Shown: one piece after another, positions 57,333 to 64,000 of the stretch
Layout: every line of letters begins with the position of its first letter
Numbering within the stretch: the stretch's first letter is position 1
Source: Verrucomicrobiota bacterium
GTDB taxonomy: Bacteria > Verrucomicrobiota > Verrucomicrobiia > Limisphaerales > JADLHS01
NCBI GenBank assembly: GCA_049840435.1
Contig: JASGKY010000013.1
Location: 4,252 to 68,251, forward strand
Length of the DNA: 64,000 nucleotides
Direction of reading: 5' to 3'
The notes under the pieces: model-generated
Told to the model about the DNA's origin: nothing
The model's database searches: none
What the model saw: the letters and a program-made list of their open reading frames with translations, nothing else
Position numbers and translations under genes: made by a program

Positions 57333-58550
57333 ATGCGCGTGCTGACCACGATCCGGCGCGCGGAATACTTCGAGTTGAACGTGCTCTTCTTCATCAATGC
57401 GATGGCGATGAGCATTTGGTTCGTGCCGTTGAGCGCCGTGCTCGATGCCCACGGTTACCACGCCGTCAAACCCTACGCTTTCGCCTCTTCCGCCGTGGCT
57501 GCCTTCGTCTCACCCTTGTTGTTCGGCGCGATGGCGGATCGCCACGCGGCGCCGGTCGTGGTGTTGCGCTGGTTGGCCGTCGCCAGTGCGATGAGCATGG
57601 CTCTCGCCACCACCGCCATCAAACTCAGCGCGAGCACCGCGCTCGTGTTGCTGCTGATCCAATTGTATTCCCTCTGCTACGTGCCGACCTTCAGCATCTG
57701 CACCACCATCGTTTTCTCGCGCTTGAAAAATTCTCAACGCGAATTCGGTCCTATCCGCGCCATGGCCACGTTCGGCTGGATGGCCGGCTGTTGGATCGTC
57801 AGCGCCATCGGCGCGGATACGTCCGAATGGGCGGGTTACACCGGAGCGATCACCTGGCTGCTTGTGGCAGGTTACACCTTCGTGCTGCCCGCCGTGCCGC
57901 CGCCGGAAAACGCTGAACGTCTCACCCTCCGCCAACGCATGGGTTGGGACGCGCTCACCCTGTTAAAGAATCCCGACCACCGCGTCGTCTTCATCACCGC
58001 CGCCCTGTTCAATGCCACCGTCTCGGTGCTGTTTCCCTACACGCCGCCGCACCTGCGCGAACTCGGCTTTCAACGCACCACGGCCTGGATGTCGCTCGGG
58101 CAGGTGACCGAACTCATCGCCATGTTTGCGCTGGGCGGATTGCTCCTGCGCTGGCGCTTGAAATGGATCTTTGTCCTCGGGCTCGGCCTCGCTGCCGTGC
58201 GCTACTGCCTGTGCGCGTTGAACCAGCCTTACACTTTGCTCGTGGGGTTGGCGTTGCACGGCGCGGGGTTCACCCTCGTCCTGATCACCTCGCAGATCTA
58301 CCTCGAACAACGCATCGATCCAACGTGGCGTGCCCGCGCCCAATCCCTCTACGCCCTCATGAGCGGTGGGGTGGGCAACCTCATTGGCTACCTGGGCAAC
58401 GGCGCGTGGTTCGCTCTCTGCACTCACGAGGAAAAAACGCACTGGCCCATCTTTTGGATTGGGCTGGCTGCGGCTGTGACCGCTGTTTTGATTTATTTCC
58501 TCACCGCTTATCACGGACGCGGCACGCCGCCGAAGTCGGCGGCTCCCTGA
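57333..58550 (+). CDS. MFS transporter (nucleoside/H+ symporter-like subfamily)
   Basis: The 405-aa ORF has 12 hydrophobic segments, including 'FFINAMAMSIWFVPLSAVL' and 'AAFVSPLLFGAMADR'. It is divergent from the DUF2264 operon, 71 nt apart. Confidence 0.7.
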   Translation: MRVLTTIRRAEYFELNVLFFINAMAMSIWFVPLSAVLDAHGYHAVKPYAFASSAVAAFVSPLLFGAMADRHAAPVVVLRWLAVASAMSMALATTAIKLSASTALVLLLIQLYSLCYVPTFSICTTIVFSRLKNSQREFGPIRAMATFGWMAGCWIVSAIGADTSEWAGYTGAITWLLVAGYTFVLPAVPPPENAERLTLRQRMGWDALTLLKNPDHRVVFITAALFNATVSVLFPYTPPHLRELGFQRTTAWMSLGQVTELIAMFALGGLLLRWRLKWIFVLGLGLAAVRYCLCALNQPYTLLVGLALHGAGFTLVLITSQIYLEQRIDPTWRARAQSLYALMSGGVGNLIGYLGNGAWFALCTHEEKTHWPIFWIGLAAAVTAVLIYFLTAYHGRGTPPKSAAP

Positions 58551-58628
58551 CGAGCTTGCTGCCCGACGGTTGGAAGACTTTGAGATTTAAAATATACAAG
58601 GTTCTGGACGCAGCCTAAGCTGCTGAAA

Positions 58629-59709
58629 ATGAAAACAGAACGACATCTCTGGACGTGGCTTGTCCCGGTGCTGGCGCTGGGATTGTTGGGACTGGCTCTA
58701 GTCGTTGGAGTGACTTCATGGCTGGCGGTGGTGTGTGGGGCAGTTTTGGCCGGAGCAGTTTTTGCCGCGGTGCATCATGCGGAGGTGGTGGCTCATCGCG
58801 TGGGCGAACCGTTCGGTACGCTCATCCTGGCTTTGGCCGTGACCGCGATCGAGGCGGCACTCATTCTTTCCATGATGCTGGCCGGCGGGCAGGACATGGC
58901 GGTGTTGCCGCGGGACGCCATCTATGCAGCGGTGATGATCATTGGCACGGGCGTCGTGGGTTTGTGTCTTCTGTTGGGCGGGCTCGCACATCGCGAGCAG
59001 ACCTTTCGGGTGGAAGGCGCGGGCGCCGGATTGGCGGCGTTGATTGTCATGGCGGTGTTGACGCTGGTATTGCCAGCCTTTACGACGAGCACTCCCGCTG
59101 GCACTTACAATACCAAGCAACTGGTATTTGTGGCCGCGAGTTCAGCGATACTTTGGGCCATCTTCACTTTTGTCCAGACGGTGCGTCATCGCGACTATTT
59201 CATTCCCGCGACGAACGCTGCCGACCCGGAGGCGCATGCCGAGCCGCCGACAACCAAGCAGGCGTGGGCCAGTTTCGGGCTGCTGTTGCTATCGCTAGTG
59301 GCGGTGGTGGGGTTGGCCAAAATGCTGTCGCCCACCATTGAGCGGATGGTCGAGGCGGCCAATGCCCCGCGGGCCGTGGTGGGGATTGTGATCGCGGCTT
59401 TAGTGTTGCTACCGGAAACATGGGCGGCCTGTACGGGCCGCGCGCGCGGATCGGTTGCAGACCAGCATGAACTTGGCGGTCGGTTCGGCGTTGGCGTGTA
59501 TCGGTCTGACGGTGCCGGTGGTGGTGTTGGCGGCGCTCATCTTTGATTTACCCTTGGAGTTTGGGTTGTCGCCCAAGGAGATGGTGCTGCTCGCGACAAC
59601 TTTTCTGGTGAGCGCCGTGACGCTCGGCACCGGGCGCACCTACGTGATGCAGGGGGCCGTGCATCTGGTGTTGTTTGCGGCGTATCTATTCCTGGCGTTT
59701 TTACCCTGA
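58629..59709 (+). pseudogene. Ca2+/H+ antiporter (CaCA/ChaA-like), one frame break near 59429-59431
   Basis: The alpha-1 repeat is 'VGEPFGTLILALAVTAIEAALI'. ORF 58629..59546 leaves the family after 'LLPETWAA', while the next frame gives 'VRAARADRLQTSMNLAVGSALACIGLTVPVV..' (alpha-2 repeat, ORF 59455..59709). Confidence 0.7.
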
Positions 59710-59762
59710 GACGCTTCCAGCGACCGCCGGGGAATCCAGCCCAATCAGTTTCTTCCCAGACC

Positions 59763-60302
59763 TCAACCAGCCTGATGGTTCAGTGGCTTCGCCATGAGGT
59801 AATCGTCCATCACGAAGCCGCTGCCGAAGTCGGTGATGACGGATTCCGCGATGACGAAGCCATTGCGCTGATACGCGGCCACGGCTTTGGTGTTGTGTTT
59901 GTTCACCGCGAGGATCAGACGCTTCGCGCCGAGTCGGCGGACCTCCTGCTCGCAATGTTGCAGCAACAGGCTGCCGTAGCCGTGCCCATGCATTTCCGGC
60001 AGCAGATAACATTTGTGCAGCTTCATCACGTCCGGCTCGGGCTGTGGGCCGAAGGAAGCGAAGCCGACGAAACGTTCGGCTACGAGCAGTCGCACGAAGC
60101 GGATTTGTTTCTCGCGCAGTTCCGTCCGCAGCGTTTCGAGCGCGTACATCTTGCCGAGCATGTATTCGATCTGCTCGCGCGAGATGATGCCGGGATAATG
60201 TTGCCGCCAGATGACACCGGCGAGTTCCGCGAGCGCGGGCAGGTGTTCTTCCGTAGCGGGAAGAATTAGCGCTCGGTTTGGAGTGGTTGCGGAATTATTC
60301 AT
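59763..60302 (-). CDS. GNAT-family N-acetyltransferase
   Basis: 'LLPEMHGHGYGSLLLQHCEQEVRRLGAKRLILAVNKHNTKAVAAYQRNGFV' is the acetyl-CoA-binding motif A region. The start is an internal Met of ORF 59763..60347 and overlaps the upstream gene end by 8 nt. Confidence 0.8.
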   Translation of the reverse strand: MNNSATTPNRALILPATEEHLPALAELAGVIWRQHYPGIISREQIEYMLGKMYALETLRTELREKQIRFVRLLVAERFVGFASFGPQPEPDVMKLHKCYLLPEMHGHGYGSLLLQHCEQEVRRLGAKRLILAVNKHNTKAVAAYQRNGFVIAESVITDFGSGFVMDDYLMAKPLNHQAG

Positions 60303-61458
60303 TTTCCCAACTGGCCGGATTGCCGCGATAAAATGAACGCTCAGCAATCTCGTCTATCACCACGTCAGGTTTTTGTTGTTCGAGAAAGGCGGCGTCCCAG
60401 TCGTGTTGCCAGATGTAGAGCACGCGCTGGAAATGTTGCGCCAGGAACGGCTGCAGCGCCATCGCGAAGGAATCATGGAATAGCACAGCCTTGCCGCGCG
60501 CGGCGGGATTGTCCGAGGCGAAAATAGCCGGATCGGTCGGTTTTTGTTGCTGGCGGACGGACAAGCTGCGGTCGGCTTTGGTGGCGATGCCGGCGAGGGG
60601 TGGTTTGGGTGCGAGCGCGATGTGGTCGGCTTCAATCAGGCTCCGTTCCTGCGCGAGCATGACGGCGAGGTCGCCGCCGGGTTGTTGCGAGTGACGGATT
60701 TCAAAGGCGTCGAGTGGCAGCGGCTTTAATTCCGATCGCTGTTGGGCGAGTGCGTTGAGCAAGGACTCATAGCCGATGAATGCGCCGTAATCATTCCAGT
60801 GCGTGTCGGTGACGTGGAACGTGAGCATGTTCGTTTTGGCTGCGCGGAGCGGCTCGCGAAGGTAGAGGACGGGCACGGTCGAGTTGGTTTTCAGATACGC
60901 GACGAGCTGGCTGATTTGATCATTCTTGCGATCAGCGGGAATCCACGCGGGCAAATGTTCGGGATAGACGGAATGTTTCTCCGCGGCGATGACGAGTTGA
61001 TAGGCGATGCCCCGGGCGGCGCACCAATCGCGGCGTGTCTGAAATACTTTCCGCCATGCGGCGAGTTGCGCGTCGGTGTAAGAAAGATTGCCGAGCATGT
61101 TGTCCACCATGCCGCCGCGCGCGAGGTAGAGCCAGCCGTCGCGCCCGATCATGGCTTCGGTGACGGAGGATTCGCGGAACAGGCCGCGTTTCCACTTGTG
61201 TTCCCAGCGCAGCAGCGTTTTGCGGAAGCCAAAGTGGTCGTTGTAATACTTCTCCAGCCCGGCGAGGTAATCACGCCAGGTGGCGGGCTTGAAACTGAAC
61301 GTGGGGAACTCCGCGAGTGCCCGCTTTTCATTCGGCGCGGGCGACGGATCGAGTTTGAACACCGAGTCAAACAGGGGAATCCAGAGCAGCGCGATGAACA
61401 GGGCGATCAACAGAGCGTTGGTTGCCGTGCGGATGCGGTTGGGAGTGGATGCGTTCAT
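60295..61458 (-). CDS. AlgX/AlgJ-like (SGNH-like) polysaccharide O-acetylation protein
   Basis: N-terminal anchor 'ALLIALFIALLWIPLF'. 'GRDGWLY', 'IPEKH-like AAEKHSVYPEHLP' and 'DTHWNDYGAFIGY' are blocks typical of AlgJ/AlgX-type partners of MBOAT proteins. Confidence 0.55.
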   Translation of the reverse strand: MNASTPNRIRTATNALLIALFIALLWIPLFDSVFKLDPSPAPNEKRALAEFPTFSFKPATWRDYLAGLEKYYNDHFGFRKTLLRWEHKWKRGLFRESSVTEAMIGRDGWLYLARGGMVDNMLGNLSYTDAQLAAWRKVFQTRRDWCAARGIAYQLVIAAEKHSVYPEHLPAWIPADRKNDQISQLVAYLKTNSTVPVLYLREPLRAAKTNMLTFHVTDTHWNDYGAFIGYESLLNALAQQRSELKPLPLDAFEIRHSQQPGGDLAVMLAQERSLIEADHIALAPKPPLAGIATKADRSLSVRQQQKPTDPAIFASDNPAARGKAVLFHDSFAMALQPFLAQHFQRVLYIWQHDWDAAFLEQQKPDVVIDEIAERSFYRGNPASWENE

Positions 61459-61464
61459 CGGTGG

Positions 61465-62919
61465 CTAAAAACGGTAATAGATGAACGGATTGTAAGTGCC
61501 ACCGGCGAGCCACGCGACGGAGACGAGCATCAGTGCTGCGAGCAGAATGATTTCCGCCACTGCGCCGAGGGTGTGCAACGGCGCATGAGTTGATTGCGGG
61601 GCGTGCCTAGGAAGCTTTGCCAGCCAAGTCTTGAACCATGGCCACGTCGGCGCGGAGAAGACAAAACCGAGTGCAATAGCCCACAGCACCTGTCGGCTGA
61701 CGTAGCGCCCGAGCGGGTGATTGGCAAGATCCGCCGCGCTGAAGCCGAACATGGTTTTGAAGAATAGCAGTGCGTGCGACAACGTGTCCGCCCGGAACAA
61801 CACCCAGCCAAACATCACAACGAGCAACGTGTAAACGTGCATGACCGGACGCGGGAGTTTGTCCACCAAGCCGCCAAAGCGCGTGCGTTCCAGCACAAGG
61901 AACAGGCCATGATAAAGCCCCCAGAGCACGAATACCCAACTCGCGCCATGCCACAGTCCGCACAGTGCGAAGACCGTAATGAGGTTCACGTAATTGCGGC
62001 GTTCGGAGACGCGATTGCCGCCCATCGGGATGTAGAGGTAATCGCGAAACCAGCTCGACAGCGAGATGTGCCAGCGCCGCCAGAAGTCGCGGACATTGGT
62101 CGCGATGTAGGGATAATCGAAGTTCTCCAGAAATTTGAACCCGAACATTTTTCCCAAGCCCACCGCCATGTCCGAGTAAGCGGAGAAATCGAAATAGATC
62201 TGCAGCGTGTAGCACAGCACGCCGAACCACGCGATGGGTGTGGTCAGTTCATTCGCGGGCAATGCGAAGATTTGGTCTGCGGGCAACGCCACCGTGTTGG
62301 CGACAATCATTTTCTTGGCGAGGCCGCTGATGAAGCGCCGGATGCCGTCGGCGAAACCATCGCGCGTGACGAAGCGTTCAGCGAACTGCGGCGCCATCGC
62401 GCTCCAGCGCAGGATCGGTCCGGCGATGAGCTGCGGGAACAGAAAAATGTAAAGGCCCGTGTCGCTGAGCCGTTGTGCGGCGGGAGCTTTGCGCCGGTAG
62501 ATATCAATCACGTAGGACAGCGCGTGAAACGTGAAGAACGAGATGCCGATGGGCAGGGCGATGTGCGGAAATTCCAGCGGCGTCTGATGTGCCCAGCCCA
62601 GCGCGGTGTTCACCGTCTGCACGGCGAGGTTGATGTATTTGAAGAACGCGAGCAGACCGATGTTCAGGGCGATGGCGAGCGTGACGGCGATTTTGCGTTT
62701 GCGTGGTTCGGTCGCGACGTCCACCCAGATGCCGAGGCGATAATTCATCCACGTGGAGGCGAACAGGAGGATGAGAAACAGCGGTTCGCCCCAGGCGTAA
62801 AAGAACAGGCTGGCCGCGAGCAACCAGAGATTGCGACTTCGGGTGTTGCGCAGCAAAAAATAACCGGTCAGCACGACCGGGAGAAACAGGAACAGGAAAA
62901 TCGGTGAACTGAATACCAA
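61465..62919 (-). CDS. MBOAT-family O-acyltransferase (AlgI/DltB-like)
   Basis: 'MVFSSPIFLFLFLPVVLTGYF', 'ISFFTFHALSYVIDIYR', 'FLENFDYPYIATNVRDFWRRWHISLSSWFRDYLYIPMGGNR' and 'GLWHGASW' (catalytic His region). Confidence 0.85.
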   Translation of the reverse strand: MVFSSPIFLFLFLPVVLTGYFLLRNTRSRNLWLLAASLFFYAWGEPLFLILLFASTWMNYRLGIWVDVATEPRKRKIAVTLAIALNIGLLAFFKYINLAVQTVNTALGWAHQTPLEFPHIALPIGISFFTFHALSYVIDIYRRKAPAAQRLSDTGLYIFLFPQLIAGPILRWSAMAPQFAERFVTRDGFADGIRRFISGLAKKMIVANTVALPADQIFALPANELTTPIAWFGVLCYTLQIYFDFSAYSDMAVGLGKMFGFKFLENFDYPYIATNVRDFWRRWHISLSSWFRDYLYIPMGGNRVSERRNYVNLITVFALCGLWHGASWVFVLWGLYHGLFLVLERTRFGGLVDKLPRPVMHVYTLLVVMFGWVLFRADTLSHALLFFKTMFGFSAADLANHPLGRYVSRQVLWAIALGFVFSAPTWPWFKTWLAKLPRHAPQSTHAPLHTLGAVAEIILLAALMLVSVAWLAGGTYNPFIYYRF

Positions 62920-63035
62920 GCGGCGAGAAACATCCTAAAAAACGGGCTCGGACGAAAGTGTTTTAATTCCCATCGAACAAAGGCAGGCTTGCATCGTCAG
63001 ATTTCCACCTGTTATCCACGCGTCGCCGCATGATT

Positions 63036-64000
63036 ATGAAAACCAGCCTGTGTTTGCTTGTCGCCGTTGTCTCTATATGGACCGCCGCCGCCCCAGCCGC
63101 ACCGACGGATGATGTCTATCGGCTCGGGCCAGATTCCGCGCCGCATGACGGCGTGCCAAAAGGCAAAGTCATCGGGCCACTCACGCTCGCGAGTCAGGTC
63201 TTCACCAACACCACGCGCCACTATTGGGTGTATGTCCCCGCCCAATACAACAGCAACCAACCGGCGCGCTTGATGATCTTTCAAGACGGCCACGCGTGGC
63301 TGAACACCAATGGCGATTATCGCACCACCTACGTCTTCGACAATCTCATCTATCGCCGCGAGATGCCGGTGACGCTCGCCGTGTTCATCAATCCTGGACA
63401 CACGCCGGAGCAACCTGAGTCCACCTCCACCAACTGGGGCGACGGCATCAACAACCGCGCCACCGAATACAACGAGCTGAATGATAATTACACCAAGATG
63501 ATCATCAATGAACTCCTGCCCGCGCTTGAAAAGGATTACAACATCTCCAAGAACCCTGACGACCGCGCCATCGGCGGCGCGAGCAGCGGGGCGATCTGCG
63601 CATTCACAGTCGCGTGGCAGCGACCGGATCAGTTCCGCAAAGTGCTCAGCACCATCGGCAGCTTCACGAATATCCGCGGTGGGCACGCTTATCCCGAGAT
63701 GATCCGTCAGAGCGAGCGCAAACCCATCCGCATCTTTTTGCAGGACGGGCTGAACGACAATCGCGGCACGCGACGTGGCAAATCGCCCTACGATCCGAAG
63801 TGGGACTGGCATTCACAGAACCGGCTGATGGTTGCCGCGCTCACCGAGAAAGGTTACGACGTGAATTACTGCTGGGGCATCGGCACGCACTCGAACAAGC
63901 AGGGCGGGGCGATGTTGCCCGAAATGCTCCGTTGGCTCTGGCGCGATTATCCGCGTCCCGACGATCCGCAGGACGACAGCAACCGGAAACTCTTTAGTCC
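63036..64000 (+). CDS. Secreted esterase (putative-esterase / enterochelin-esterase-like alpha/beta hydrolase), 3'-partial at window end
   Basis: Not in the ORF track because it has no stop inside the window. Hand translation from the ATG at 63036: '[102 protein letters not shown]..'. 'GGASSGA' is the GxSxG nucleophile elbow. Confidence 0.7.
   Translation, partial: MKTSLCLLVAVVSIWTAAAPAAPTDDVYRLGPDSAPHDGVPKGKVIGPLTLASQVFTNTTRHYWVYVPAQYNSNQPARLMIFQDGHAWLNTNGDYRTTYVFDNLIYRREMPVTLAVFINPGHTPEQPESTSTNWGDGINNRATEYNELNDNYTKMIINELLPALEKDYNISKNPDDRAIGGASSGAICAFTVAWQRPDQFRKVLSTIGSFTNIRGGHAYPEMIRQSERKPIRIFLQDGLNDNRGTRRGKSPYDPKWDWHSQNRLMVAALTEKGYDVNYCWGIGTHSNKQGGAMLPEMLRWLWRDYPRPDDPQDDSNRKLFS

Noticed and set aside
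63012-63812. 266-aa minus-strand ORF at the window end
   Set aside because: The + strand frame from the ATG at 63036 gives a signal peptide and esterase motifs (GGASSGA). The minus ORF is its shadow.

Overview
The window is a composite of two sequences. Bases 1 to ~3515 are very GC-rich (sampled 60-nt lines are 73-78% G+C) and look actinobacterial. They carry a frame-broken beta-propeller-like ORF, an unassigned minus-strand coding stretch, tRNA-Pro(CGG), a frameshifted LacI-family regulator, and only the first ~55 codons of a sugar-type ABC ATPase.

From ~3520 to 64000 the DNA is mid-GC (sampled lines 35-65%). Its gene content looks Verrucomicrobiota/PVC-like: prepilin-like DUF1559/H-X9-DG-type proteins, a PEP-CTERM protein, a giant autotransporter-associated beta-strand-repeat protein, a Tat-signal Gfo/Idh/MocA oxidoreductase, and an ECF sigma/anti-sigma pair. 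This is an inference from family distribution; no search was run.

Recognisable blocks in the mid-GC part:
- PPK2 and a Cache-sensor Ser/Thr kinase, both frame-broken
- pgl and waaA
- a cysI-cysH-cysD-cysN sulfate-assimilation operon, with a 176-bp nested palindrome between cysH and cysD
- an ECF sigma pair
- an RND efflux pair
- several large secreted proteins (LTD protein, beta-helix protein, PL11 lyase) that share a C-terminal module
- an OmpR-type two-component operon bracketed by two copies of a 65-nt element with 11-bp-phased direct repeats
- eno and rsmH
- a pectin/RG-I-type degradation operon
- MFS and Ca2+/H+ transporters
- a GNAT / AlgX-J-like / MBOAT acylation module
- a 3'-partial esterase that is absent from the ORF track

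No rRNA, CRISPR array, transposase or integrase was seen. Sequence integrity is an issue: frame breaks are dense in 1-7400 and sporadic afterwards.
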